DNA of 64,000 nucleotides, from sequence record MN988522.1; one strand, written 5' to 3'. A program made the position numbers and the translations under genes. Below the pieces are notes generated by a model. It searched no databases. It was not told the DNA's origin and saw only the letters and a list, made by a program, of their open reading frames with translations. Of the stretch, positions 9,618 through 21,930 are shown piece after piece; position 1 is the stretch's first letter; each line of letters opens with the position of its first letter.

Positions 9618-10541
9618 ATGGGTGGCGGACGTTTTGATACTAATGCATATGCAAGCCTGTCGACTGCTCGTACAGTTCGTACTGACGGTACTCGTATGCA
9701 TCACACTGAAGTCTTCAAGGCTAAGGTCGTGGATAGCAAGTTCTCTCCACGAAATATCAAGCTTCGTGAGTCGGTTGACTCGGAGACATCTCCGAACTCT
9801 CGTCCGATCATCGTCGGTCTTGACTTCAGTGGATCGATGGGATCGATTGCAGGTGAGATGGCTAACAATCAGCTCGGTAAGCTGATGGAGAATGTCGTTG
9901 GTACGAAGGCAGTAGCTGATCCTCATCTGCTGTTCCTCGGTATTGATGACGTTCATGCATCATTCTCGTCTGAATCTCTCCAGGCTACTCAGTTCGAAGC
10001 TGATATTCGTATCGCTGAACAGCTGACTGAACTGAAGAATATCGGTCGAGGTGGAGGTAATGGATTCGAATCCTACAACCTCGCATGGTACTTCGCTGCA
10101 TACAAGACGAAGATCGACTCCTTCAAGAAGCGTGGTAAGAAGGGACTCCTCTTCACTATCGGCGATGAAGGTGTACCTGCAGATCTGAATGCATCTCATC
10201 TTGAGACTGTCTTCGGATCAGATGATCTTCCTGTTCTCAGCAACGATAGTCTCCTGAGCACTGTTCGTCAGGAATGGGATGTATTCCACATCATCGCAGA
10301 GGAAGGTGACTACTGCAGAGGTGGTAGCTCGCATGTCAGCAGGCAGTGGTATGGTCTGCTTGGCAATCGTGCTATTCTGATGAGCGACTATCGCTACGTC
10401 TCGGATATCATCGTTGCTACGATCGCTGTCAATGAAGGTCGTGATCCGGATGATCTCCTGTCCACGTACAAGAACGATGGATCTCGTGAAGTCATTGAGC
10501 GTGCACTCTACGGTATGCGAGATTTCGCTAAGTCTCTGTAA
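9618..10541 (+). CDS. von Willebrand factor A (vWA) domain protein
   Basis: MIDAS DFSGSMG, GGGGNGFESY and FTIGDE motifs. Confidence 0.75.
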   Translation: MGGGRFDTNAYASLSTARTVRTDGTRMHHTEVFKAKVVDSKFSPRNIKLRESVDSETSPNSRPIIVGLDFSGSMGSIAGEMANNQLGKLMENVVGTKAVADPHLLFLGIDDVHASFSSESLQATQFEADIRIAEQLTELKNIGRGGGNGFESYNLAWYFAAYKTKIDSFKKRGKKGLLFTIGDEGVPADLNASHLETVFGSDDLPVLSNDSLLSTVRQEWDVFHIIAEEGDYCRGGSSHVSRQWYGLLGNRAILMSDYRYVSDIIVATIAVNEGRDPDDLLSTYKNDGSREVIERALYGMRDFAKSL

Positions 10542-10566
10542 TCTGCTCCAATAATCTTGGACTGAA

Positions 10567-10608
10567 TAGGTGAACTAGAGCTCCCTAAGAGATTTCTTCT
10601 TAGGGAGC
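10567..10608 (+). promoter_or_regulatory. Repeated element, copy 3 (degenerate), overlapping a GCTCCCTAAGA/TCTTAGGGAGC hairpin
   Basis: TAGGTGAACTA-N12-AGATTTCTTCTTAGGGAG upstream of ATG 10642. Confidence 0.55.
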
Positions 10609-10641
10609 AATCCCGTTTAACTCAACTAGGATTTCACTACT

Positions 10642-11892
10642 ATGAAGAATGCTCATATCGTTATTGGCGCACAATACGGAGATGAAGGCAAGGGTGCCAC
10701 TGTGAATCTCCTTGCTCAGAAATATCCAGATGCATTGAATGTCAGATTCAATGGTGGAGCTCAAGCAGGACATACTGTGACACTCGAGGATGGTCGTCGT
10801 CACGTATTCTCTCACTTTGGATCAGGTACTCTCCAAGGACTGGATACGTATTTCAACGAATCCTCCATCGTTAATCCTTGGAGATTCAAGGATGAGCATA
10901 CTGTAATCATGAGTGAATTCGGTCTGAGTCCTCTTGTTTTTGTACATGAGAATGCTCTGGTCACGTCGCCATACGATATGGCAATCAATCAACTCTGGGA
11001 GACTTGCCGTAGTGGAGATCGTCATGGATCCTGCGGTATGGGTATTTATGAGACAATCCTGAGATCTCGTAAGTCTGAATCTCTTGTGCGAGTACATGAA
11101 CTAGTTTATCATGTCTTTGAAGACATCAATGATCGATACAAAGAATATGCGTATCGTAGACTCCAAGATGTTAGGGATTTTCATCCTGATTGTGAAGAAT
11201 TCATTAAGGATACTGAGAAATTCATCGATAGTGAAGATGTTACTCGTCAGTTCTTTCTCGACTACTCATTCTTCATGTCGATGATTAATGTCGTTAAAGA
11301 CGATATTAATATCTACTCGCAGTACGATACTGTGATCTTCGAAGGAGCTCAAGGTCTCCAGCTCGATCAGAATTATGTTGAGTATCAAGGTAATCTGCCT
11401 CATGCTACTCCGTCCAATCCTGGACTTGGTAGTAAGTCACTCCATAATGCATTCGAGAAGTACGATCTCACTGAAGACAATATTCACGTGTACTATCTGA
11501 CGAGATTCTATCAGACTCGTCATGGTAATGGACCATTCGATCGTGAGGTTAATCCTGACGTTCTAGGTGACATTGTTGATCTCACCAACATCGACAATCC
11601 TCATCAAGGATCGATTCGATACGCTCCACTCAATGTCTTTAGTCTACTCGAAGCAGTAGAATTCGATCTTCAGTACATCGATAACTGCAGACCATATCTT
11701 GTGGTCACATGTGTTGACCAAGTTGTCAACGATGAAGTTGTCATCAAAGCACTGCATGATGACAGTCACGTTAAGATTCCATTCGAGGATTTGAAGATGA
11801 TCCTACGTGATAACTTTGAATTCATGTACGGTATCTTCTATTCTGACGGAAAATCTATGAAATACGAGGAACATCTTTATGTCGCAGCATGA
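10642..11892 (+). CDS. purA: Divergent adenylosuccinate synthetase-like enzyme (PurA fold)
   Basis: GAQYGDEGKG, RFNGGAQAGHT, FEGAQG, TRHGNGPF; the aspartate-binding loop is non-canonical. Confidence 0.8.
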   Translation: MKNAHIVIGAQYGDEGKGATVNLLAQKYPDALNVRFNGGAQAGHTVTLEDGRRHVFSHFGSGTLQGLDTYFNESSIVNPWRFKDEHTVIMSEFGLSPLVFVHENALVTSPYDMAINQLWETCRSGDRHGSCGMGIYETILRSRKSESLVRVHELVYHVFEDINDRYKEYAYRRLQDVRDFHPDCEEFIKDTEKFIDSEDVTRQFFLDYSFFMSMINVVKDDINIYSQYDTVIFEGAQGLQLDQNYVEYQGNLPHATPSNPGLGSKSLHNAFEKYDLTEDNIHVYYLTRFYQTRHGNGPFDREVNPDVLGDIVDLTNIDNPHQGSIRYAPLNVFSLLEAVEFDLQYIDNCRPYLVVTCVDQVVNDEVVIKALHDDSHVKIPFEDLKMILRDNFEFMYGIFYSDGKSMKYEEHLYVAA

Positions 11893-14373
11893 CTCTGAGG
11901 GAGATCAGATCGAACAAGCGATCGCTGAATACTTCCAGATGAAGCATAGTGGAACTAGTTTCACTGTTAGTGAACCATTCAAGTTCACGATTGAGACTAC
12001 TCGACGAGAGAAGACATTATGCATTGCTGAAGATAAGATGCATCGTGGTGGAGTGACGATGTGGTACGCAGAGGATCAAATACTACCTGATCCTGAAACT
12101 GCTACTCTACGTGAAATTTCTGACGCAATCTCCAGATTGCAGAATCTTGTTCTCAATAGTAGTGCAGGTTCTGCTAGAGATGATGCTGTCAAAGATCGTG
12201 ATCGATTGAATAGAGCTATCACAGTAAAGATGGGATCACACAAGGCTATGGAGTATCTTGGAGGTATTCTTCATTATCTCCAAGATCTGCATCCAGATGA
12301 TCAGTGCAAAGCATATGACGATGCTCTGTTCTTCTACAACTTCCATAATCCCAACTCACGAGTAGAACCTACTGGTCTAGGCTATACTAGTCTCGTGCAG
12401 CCTTCCTTGTTAGGAGACGATAGTGAATCGCGTTGATAAGATTAAAGCATTGGATAATGCTACTGAATGCAAGTGGTACGTCGATATCGCATTTGACGTA
12501 GGTACCGCAGAAGCTCGTACTATGATGTACGGATCAGAAATGAATCGATGGAAGTTCAGTGGATCACCTGATGATCTTGACGAACTTATCGACAATTCTC
12601 TCCAAGCTGCTTATGAAGAAGTAGTAGAACATAAAGTTAAGCTGTACTCTGATATGCCTTGTCATGACTTTCTACCTGATGATCGTAATCTGATGAACTC
12701 GTACGATAATGCATCTTTCCATAACCTAGAACATCTGTGGGTAGGACTATGAGTGGATTTGAACGTATTAAACCTGAAGATATTGACGTAGGCGTATACA
12801 TCTGGTATGGTGGACAGATGTCAGTATCTGGATGGGATTGCCCAGGTATCATCTATGAGGTCAATGAAGAGGAGCAATGGTTCCGTATCCAATCTCTAGA
12901 TGATCTCAATAAGAATGAACAGAAGTATGAGTTCGTACCTGATGATCGTAGTGCTACGTCTAGTCTTACTATTCGTAAGATTTCTGTTGAGGAGGCATTC
13001 GACTATGTCCGTAAGATTAAGGATGCTAAGCATTCTCGTATCGGTGATGTCGAAGAGACTCTCCGTAAGGCTAAGCAGGATGCACTGAATTTTCAGGTGT
13101 TCTTTGACAATATGAAGAAAGAGATCAAGAATGTTGAATCTGTCTGAGATTAAGGTAGGAGACTACCTGTGGATGGAATTTGAATTCGAAGATGACTATC
13201 CTGGACGAGAGGATATTGATGAGCCTCTCAGAATTATGGCGATCAATGGAAATGTTCTTCTAGTAATGTACTTGAAGAGTCTCTCAGGTACATTACGATC
13301 GATTGATCTTGATACTATTCATTCTCGTACTAAATTGTACAAACCTACTACTGACAAATTGAGATCATTCCTGCTTCATCTTGCTGCTAAGACGAGAGAT
13401 CGTATTGAGGCTTTGAAGAAAGAGAAGAGTGACAACGATGTTCTCCTTAATAATACTCGTAGCATTCTCAAAGAATTGATGGAATCAGATGATGCAAGCA
13501 AAGCTACCGTATGATCTTGTGATTGACAATGATACTATGTGGTTCGCAGGAGATGATGTCAAGTTTGAATGCCATGTATGGAGTGACGGATCTATGTCCA
13601 TCATGATACATCGAGGTACTGAATCTGTTCTTCTCCATTTTGATAACATCAGTGAAGCTGAAAAGTCAGGATGGAATGTATGATGTATAATACGAATCTC
13701 GGATTCTGGGTAGATCTCAATCAGATCGCTATGATTAGTGAGTTCCTCAAAGGACGAGATCATCATTCGATTAAATTCTGCATATTGTACAAATATAGCT
13801 CTCAAGAAATATGGTACGAGTACGGAGTATTTGGTGACTCTACTCCGTACTTCATTCAGAAGAAGATGTATGAAGCATACAGGAAACTGAATGAAGCTTA
13901 CGATTACAGTGAGATACCGAAGTTTACGACTGAGTTCTACCTCGAGATGTTTGAAGACTTGGTAGAGTCTATCGAAGAGCATCTTATCAACCTTATTAAT
14001 GAGAAGATTAAGCACGATGCTAAGTAAGAGATTCTATGATACTGGTCTGGGATTTTATGTCGATCTCGAGCATATCCAAGCAGTTTCTAATGCTCAGGAT
14101 ACTCATCGATATGGTGAAGTGTGTTTCTCGATAAAGTACATGATGGGTGCAGGTAATCACACATTGTATAACTTTAGTACGTACTATGGTGATACTGAAT
14201 TCGAGAAGGAAGTACTCGCAGCTACCAGAGCACTTTCAGACTCTCCTGAATGGAGAAAGCTCACTCAAGATCCTGACAAGAGGAGAATGCTAAGTAGAGT
14301 TACGATACCTATTCTCCAAAAGTACATTGACAGGATGTGGGAAGCTAAGAGCGAATTCCTCTCATCACAATAG
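11879..14373 (+). other. Block of small hypothetical CDSs, including a clear (13680/14017) and a weaker (12749/13131) tandem paralog pair
   Basis: Coupled ORFs; shared motifs Y[ND]T.LGF[WY]VDL and [IV].VG.Y[IL]W. Confidence 0.65.
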
Positions 14374-14411
14374 GTTCACTTAGGGTCCTAAGAGGATTCT
14401 TCCTTGAAGGG
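14371..14411 (+). promoter_or_regulatory. Repeated element, copy 4
   Basis: TAGGTTCACTT-agggtcctaaga-GGATTCTTCCTTGAAGGG; ATG 14447 follows. Confidence 0.75.
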
Positions 14412-14446
14412 TGCGAGGGCATCCGAAATTCAACGGAGAAAAGATT

Positions 14447-15025
14447 ATGACGCAGATTGCAGAAGAATTCCAGAAGATTGGTCTCATCTCGGAGAAGATG
14501 AAGAACGATCTCGAGCTCGATCTTGACGAGCAGTTCATGGTCGGTCTGGAACTTGGTAACAAGTACGACCTCGTGAGCTGGGGATCCTTCAATGAGTTCA
14601 TCAAACCGACTCTGAAGAATTTCTTCAAGGAGTACGTCAACTATCGGTTCTCGATCGGGATCGTAATCCTCCGTGAAGATCTCGAAAGGATCCTGATTCG
14701 GATTCTTGAGGAGCGCTGCAAGGGAGTTATCGCTACGACCTGCAAGGCTAAGAAAATCAATCCCTTCCAGATTCGAGAAATCGAGAAGGATAAGGGATTG
14801 ACGATGGGAATCGTCCGAGGCATTCGTGTCTTCAAGAAGCGTCGTAAGTTGATCGTGAAAGAAGACCAGATCCTCCAGTACGATTCTCAGCTTCGCTCGG
14901 TCAACATCGTCTACCTCTGGGAGATGGTGAAGAAGGTCCGCCAGGATATGGAGAAGGCTAATCGCGATCTCGTCGCATCCTTCGATCCTTCCAAGATCAC
15001 TCGAGTAGAAGTGGCTAAGAAGTAA
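14447..15025 (+). CDS. Hypothetical basic protein
   Basis: GGAG RBS; first gene after element copy 4; C-ending codons frequent. Confidence 0.75.
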   Translation: MTQIAEEFQKIGLISEKMKNDLELDLDEQFMVGLELGNKYDLVSWGSFNEFIKPTLKNFFKEYVNYRFSIGIVILREDLERILIRILEERCKGVIATTCKAKKINPFQIREIEKDKGLTMGIVRGIRVFKKRRKLIVKEDQILQYDSQLRSVNIVYLWEMVKKVRQDMEKANRDLVASFDPSKITRVEVAKK

Positions 15026-17612
15026 ACGTGGAGAAGCAGTAAAGGAGTCACACGTGAATGAAGTGAAATCAGAGATCTCCCTATCGGACAAGTCTGTTAA
15101 GGAGATCGACCAGATCATTCTTGAGAGATGTCACGAGATCGAGAGTGAACATGATGGAATTGACCATGATGTAGCTCTCGCTCAAGCGACTGAAGAGATC
15201 GTCAAGAAACTGTCTGAAGAATTTCGAGCAGTCTAATGCTGGAAGTGCTCAGCTTTAAACTAGTAGCTACGGGTATTTATTATATCCGTAGCAGAGGTAC
15301 CGAAAGAGTAGGCAGTAGATTCTACGACACATCATATGTCAATGAGTCTACTGCCAATCTTTTAAAGGATTTTCTCATCAAACGATGGGAAGAATGTCCA
15401 ATTGAGCGAATTACCGACCTAAGAGACTTCTTTGTTATACCTCATGGGCATATCTCCTTCTCATCTATGACACCTAAGGAATTATTTGACTCACAATTTA
15501 GTCGATTCAAATTTGGTACATCTAAGATGAAGAGAAACGTTATGAAACATCTAATTGGATTGTATCCAGATTTGAAATAGTACTAATGAGCTTTACGCAT
15601 AAAATTATCTTTATTGTAGTTATAGTTTTGACGATTGGATTCACTTCATTGTTCCTGTTCGACGAATCCATGTACTACCCATCAAATAGGTTGAGACAAG
15701 TATGTAGACCTGTCTCCCAGAACAAGTGCGCGATTTATATCTACGAGGTCAAATAATGAAAGCTAAGCATGTCTCTGATGAACGTAAGCTCTATGATCTC
15801 TGTAAGGAATTCATCGAAGAGCAGTTTATCCATGACAAGGATGATGCTGAATGGGTCACTGAAGATGACAAATTTAAGTTCATCATGAAAGTTTGTGAGA
15901 TCGTAGGATTCAAGGAATTGGTGAAATGAAATTACTAGGTGAGACTATCGAAGTCACTACATCAACTGTCTTCAAGGGTGAGCTAGGTACTGTTATCGAA
16001 CAGTCGAGAACTACTCTGACAGTAGACTTCGATGGTCGCATCGGTAAGTATGATCTGTTCAAGAATGAGTTCATCGTCTACAAGAACTTCAAACTCGAGA
16101 GACCAGTCGAATTGATCAGTCTCAAATCTATCGAAGGAGAACCAGTCTATGCAAAGTACTCAGAACGAGTCGTGCGACCGATTAAGTGTTAAGAGACCTG
16201 ATCCTATGGTCTCTCCTAGTCGTCCTCTCACGAATGATGAGAGATACCATCTCATCAAAGCTTCTCAGAGGACTCAGTCGGATTATCCTAAGGTACGTCT
16301 CTGGTATGAATACTTCAGAGACAGTGGTCAGTGCAGCATGATGGATACTCAATACGTTATCTCGATCGCTATCACAGCGATGATCCAAGATGAGCTCGAA
16401 TCCAATGAAGTATGATCAGAATTTATACAGCAAATACGGATACTGGATTAAGTCCGACGGTACAATTCTATACTTGGACTCGATCTACGGTCACAACGAT
16501 CTCGCTAAGGAGAGTGGTGACTTCGATCCAAGTATGTCTGGTCATGACTGCTATTCTGCAGCTATCGACAGTGGATGGATTCGGATCAATATCAGTGCGT
16601 ATACTGCAGCATGGGGACTTCATTGGAACTATGCTGAAGCCAAGATCACTGATGAAGCAGTCAAGGGATTCAAGCATCTGATTAGATTGCATGGACCTCA
16701 TGAAGTCGATACTGGTGTAGCTCTCCAGATTCACTACAAAGATGCGATCGAACTTATGCAAGGTCGGATGAGCATCGATCAATTGAATGAGAAAATCAAG
16801 AAGAAGGAAGATGAATATTACTGACACTATTTCATGGTATCTCACGTTTGTTACTACTGTATCTTATTTGATGATACTGGTTGTAATGCGAGTCCATTAC
16901 ATTCATAATTATTCAAGAGATACAAGATGGTACTATGCATCGATGATGATCATCTTTAGTATTCAAGGTACGGTCGGATTGATGCTTCTCATGATTCACA
17001 ATGGAGTTATTAGATGAAAAGATACAGAGAGTGGCGATATGGATTCCGAATAGGTACCAACTATTCGGAGTTATCCAATGTCAAGTCAAAGTGGAGGATC
17101 TGGATTCGTATGTGAGTCCATGAGTCCTCAGCGCATGCCTAATATGAAGGCATTCAAACCATTCTGCTTGTGCTGTGTAGGTAAGGTATATCGTAAGGGA
17201 TACGTTCTCAGCAAAGCTAAGTCTCGATTTAAGAATCGTCGACTTCATCGCGGTAAGCCTCGTTATAAGGATCATCGCGCATAATGTCTAGGACCACGAG
17301 ACTCTGCAAACCTTATATCATTTACTACAATTACCATAACCTCGGAGATCCTGATCCTCGAGATGCGTCTCAAAATGGACGTGATGGTAGTAAGTACAAG
17401 AGTGCACTGTACGACGATTACATTAAACAACCTGGATGGTCTCGAGATCATTATACAGGAATTGGTCAACGTCAGTGGAAGAAGAAATGTGCTCGTCGTC
17501 ATCGTCGACGTGAAGATCTTCAGATTGTCTGCAAGGAGACTCTGGAGTACTTTCATGACGACGAATTCAGCGTTGATGAGCCTTCCTCTTTGTAAGTAAG
17601 AATATATTTTAT

Positions 17613-17654
17613 AGGCCTCATTTAGTAGAAATGCTAGATGAGGCCTTTTCTTTT
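17613..17654 (+). terminator. Rho-independent terminator
   Basis: AGGCCTCATTTAGTA-GAAA-TGCTAGATGAGGCCT then TTTCTTTT. Confidence 0.8.
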
Positions 17655-18244
17655 ACCTTATTGGAGCATCAATGAATTACAACATTGACACGACTGAAGC
17701 AGAGCTACGAGAACAGCTTCAGCAGAAGAATCGTGAGATAGATCTGAAGTCACCTGATCTTCCCGATTTCACAATCAGCAAGAACATGAAGAAAGATCGG
17801 GATGATCTCAAGAAGTATCTTTACTTCTTGATCAGTAATCAATCCGATTTTGTCAAGACACTTTACAAATACAGTGACAAGACTATGGAGATGACAGTCT
17901 CTTCAGACGAGTGTGGATGGAGACCTAAGTCACATATCTCTCGTGTCGTATGTAACTTGAATCTGAAGACTCTTAAAGTCACGTACGAAGCATATGAGAC
18001 TTCATTTGGTATTCTCAATTCATATGCGAATCGTCCAGTTGAACATAAACTTATATTCAAGTACAAGTTTATTATTCCTCCATCTGCACTAATGAAGCTT
18101 ACTGAAAGATTCGAGAATGCTGCATGTGAGTGTATGAAGAAGCTCGAGATCGATCGTGAGATTGCTAAGAAGAAGCAAGATGAGAAGGATCGTCTACTCG
18201 GACTGATTGACTTTGAGGTAGAGCAACAATTAAATCGTAAGTCG

Positions 18245-18284
18245 TAGGTGCAGTTAGAGTTCTCGAGGGATTCTTCTTTGAAGG
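18245..18284 (+). promoter_or_regulatory. Repeated element, copy 5
   Basis: TAGGTGCAGTT-N12-GGATTCTTCTTTGAAGG; ATG 18315 follows. Confidence 0.75.
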
Positions 18285-19726
18285 CTCCGAAGGTCGGAGT
18301 TCAAGGAGAATGATATGTCGACTTCTGTTACAACTGCGACGTACTACGTAGCCAAGACGAAGGCTACTCGTACTCGTGACGATCAAGTCCTCAAGCACAA
18401 TATCGGTGATGAGTTCACTCTCGTCGCTGGTGAGTGGATTGGTATGGATGGTTATCGTATGCCTGGATGGACTGAGTATCTTCCTGCCAAGTTCCCTCTC
18501 CTCATCAATGCGATGGACTACATCAAGCATCTTCCTGGAGAGATGTACGGATTCAAGGTGATCCCTGATACGGTCAGTTTCAGTAAGGTCACGGTAACGA
18601 CTACGACTGAAGAAGAGGAGGTCACTCTCGATGCCTAGCAAGGAAATGCAGGAGATTCAGAAGAGATGGAATGACAAGTATGGTCATCTGTCTCTCGAGG
18701 ATCGTGAAGCACTGATCAAGAAGGAGACTGAAGAAGGTCTTCGTCGATTGAAAGATGCAGGCATTGTACCTACGATGACTGCTGATGAACTCATGAAACT
18801 CACGAGGGATAGATAATGGCATACGGAGACTATAACGGACCTAACAAGTCTGATAAAGGTCAGGAGAACGGTAGCTGTAATCGTACCAGATGCCAGTGCT
18901 CTCCTGCAATCTGGTATAACCATGGATCATTTTCATGGTATTGTACTGAGTGCAAGAACGATATATGGAATGCTAATAAGCATACCTTCCATATCGATAT
19001 GCCGAATGTCAAGCATCCGATGTTCGAGACTCGTGAGATGATCGACAAGAGAGTCGCTAATGAGTTCTTCTCAAGCTTCGGTACAGGTACTGGCAAGGGT
19101 ATGCTAGAGGATCAGGTCAGGAGAAAGCTGGTCATCGACAAATCTGAGCCATTCTCAGATGTTCTCATGAAACTGATGATGTATCGTGGACTTGAGGAGG
19201 TATCCTAATGGCATATGGTGAGTATCGTGGTCAGACTCTTGGTCGCATCATGCACTTCTTGTACAAGATGGACTTCAACTCCGACTCATGGGCTCGGATC
19301 GGATTCGATAAGGTGAAGGGTAAGATTGTAATCTACAATACTTACTTCTCTCATCCTGACAATCTTCGATTCGAGTCTAAGGACTCGCATCCTGATGGTC
19401 GTATCTTCGGATACATCACGTGGGAGAATGATGGCGACTCCGATTATCCTATCCTTGAACTCGATGAATTCTTCAAGGATGACATTCATAACTCCTGGCA
19501 GGAGAGATGGGACGAGGCAGTCAGACGTATCAAGCAGACTGACAAGTATCTCGATCGTCCAATGTACTCCAAGAAGGAAGACGATTATCGTAAGCGTATC
19601 AAGGATATGACCGATAGAGCACATCTGACAGCAGGTGTCTTTGAGTATCCTTATTCCAAGGTCGTTCAGCAGATACGTGTATCATCTTAATTAGCATTAT
19701 CTTTTATAAAACGAGGAACAGTTAAT

Positions 19727-20254
19727 ATGCATGAATTCTCTGGTACGTTTGCATGGCTTCATCCCGATCGTCAAACTCTTATCAACATGCTTGGATGGCT
19801 TGAAGATAATGAAGTCGAGGAGCCGTGCATTACTCAGTATGGTCGTCATCTGCATACGACTATCTACAACCACGGCTACGAGATCTTTGTACCTCGTAAG
19901 AAACTCGAGAAGCCTATTGTAGTTACTCCGGATCAGCTCGAATACAAGAATCTGAGTGGTCGATTCTTGATTCGTCTCAACAATCCGACTCTGAAGAATT
20001 ATGCTCGTGGATACTACAGTCGTATCCCTGAGTTCAATATGGCAGAATGGGAGTCGACGTTCAGTCCTCACATGTTGCTAGGTATGGTAGGTCGTAAGAG
20101 AAGTCTGAAGAAGCCTATCGACTTTCCTATTGTATTCATAGGTGTCAACTCTAGTCCTCGTCTGAAGACTAAGGCAGATATCATCGAGGAGATTCGTGCT
20201 AAGACATTGAGTCAATCTCGTAAGAATCACATTGTCAAACTCATGGAGAGTTAA
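19727..20254 (+). CDS. 2H phosphoesterase resembling T4 57B/Acb1 (anti-CBASS nuclease)
   Basis: LHTTI and SPHML motifs, spacing and flanks resemble T4 57B (IHSTI...TPHITL) as recalled. Confidence 0.6.
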   Translation: MHEFSGTFAWLHPDRQTLINMLGWLEDNEVEEPCITQYGRHLHTTIYNHGYEIFVPRKKLEKPIVVTPDQLEYKNLSGRFLIRLNNPTLKNYARGYYSRIPEFNMAEWESTFSPHMLLGMVGRKRSLKKPIDFPIVFIGVNSSPRLKTKADIIEEIRAKTLSQSRKNHIVKLMES

Positions 20255-21412
20255 GTGGACTCTAAGAAATTCCATGGATTCGATGAGTACTGTGATACTA
20301 TCGCAGACGATATCAAGTCACAAGAAGATCGTAGAGTTTTGAGTGAACTCTACATAAATAGAGACGATCCAGAGTATCTGAAAGATCCTATAGGCTATGC
20401 TGTGAAGACATTCTGGAGAAGTCTCGATAACACTCCATCAAAAGGAAATTCTTGATGTTCAAGACATGGACGTTCTTTGGATTAAGGTTCCAGATACACA
20501 TCTTACCTAGATTCAAAGTACGTCTATATTTTGACTCAGGTAAATATTGGAGAAAGAATGAATGATTGTATGTGTGGTAGTATTCACAATCGTCACCCAT
20601 TTTCTATCAGGTCGACGCAGACGTTACTGGAAAGTACTCTAAGAATTATTTAATGGAGTTGGATTTGTGATCATTCAACATGAAGAGAAATGGTGGATTA
20701 AGATTGTTCAAGATATCTATCCTGAGAAAGATGATGTCTTCTATGTATACGAAGGTGACCTCGATACAGAGAATATGATCGCCATTGGATTCATTAGTCC
20801 CAATCGTACGATTCGAGGACTGAAGATCATCAAAGAACTCGGTACTCTGGAGGATTGGAAGATCGTCTGTGAGGCTGTTGAGAGGATTATACTGAATGTC
20901 AAGCATTAGTTTCGCAGATATGGATCGTTATGAGAAGATGATTCTCAATAATCTCACGGTTCCTGATAGTGAGAGGAAAGATATCTGGTCAGAAATCGCT
21001 CGTGAGCGTCTAGGTAAGCAAGATGTCTCCATTGAAGAACGTAGAGCAATTAAGTTACTGTACTGGCAGACTGCATACGGTATTGAGAAGAAGCCTCCCT
21101 CTGAACCTTGGGATACTCTCGATATCAAGATTAAATCTCTTACACTTGGATCGATTGCATGTCCATCAGCATGGGATATTGTTGATGAGAATGGTAAGAG
21201 GTATTCTGCAAGATATCGTGGAGCCACTCTTCGAGTATATGAAGAACCTGCATACGAGGAGATCTTCAAGGTTGTCGTAAGTGACATTCCACTTGATGGT
21301 ATGATGCCGACAATCGTGATGCTTAATCTGACAGGTATGGAACTTGTCGATGGAGCTACCGTCGAGATCTGAGAAAATAAAAACGCTGATTATTGCGAAT
21401 AAAAGAAAAAGA

Positions 21413-21453
21413 TGGGTGCAGTTGTGGGCTCAGAAGGATTCTTCTTTGAAGGG
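21413..21453 (+). promoter_or_regulatory. Repeated element, copy 6
   Basis: TGGGTGCAGTT-N12-GGATTCTTCTTTGAAGGG; ATG 21536 follows. Confidence 0.72.
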
Positions 21454-21892
21454 GCTGGAATGGTTCTACCCTTCTGGTAAGCTCCATCTTACGCACAGGA
21501 TGGAGTAGATTGTTGATTGTGCGTTAACAAGGAGAATGGAAATGTTCGCAGTTTATGCTCGTACGACGAAGGATGGTACCGATCATATCGAAATGTATGA
21601 ACGGAAGCAGGATCGCAACTTCGTCGAGACCATGGACCAGATGTCCAAGAACTATGGTCACAAGATGCACAAGGCTCAGGTCTTCGAATCGGAGGAGAAT
21701 CTCCGTGAGTGGGTCAAGAAGGAGCTCGGTGCTAACTGGATCACGCTCCTGGACAAGACGATCGAAGATCAGAAGAAGGACCATCGTCTGAAGGGCAATC
21801 GTGGTGACACGGCTCCTCAGAAGGCAGCTGATGCCAAGAAGGATTCTGGTCAGTCTGCAAGCAGGTGATCCTGACCAGGACTAAGCAATATC

Positions 21893-21930
21893 GCCTAGTG
21901 GAGAGCAATCTTCACTAGGCCTTTTCTTTT
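21893..21930 (+). terminator. Rho-independent terminator
   Basis: GCCTAGTGGA...TTCACTAGGC then CTTTTCTTTT. Confidence 0.75.

Noticed and set aside
10642-11892. PurZ / Z-genome (2-aminoadenine) synthesis
   Set aside because: It retains the PurA-type GDEGKG Asp rather than the PurZ Ser/Thr signature, and I recognised no MazZ or DatZ partner nearby.
18816-19230. Adjacent genes both starting MAYG[DE]Y
   Set aside because: Similarity ends after about 8 codons; not enough to call paralogy or a signal.
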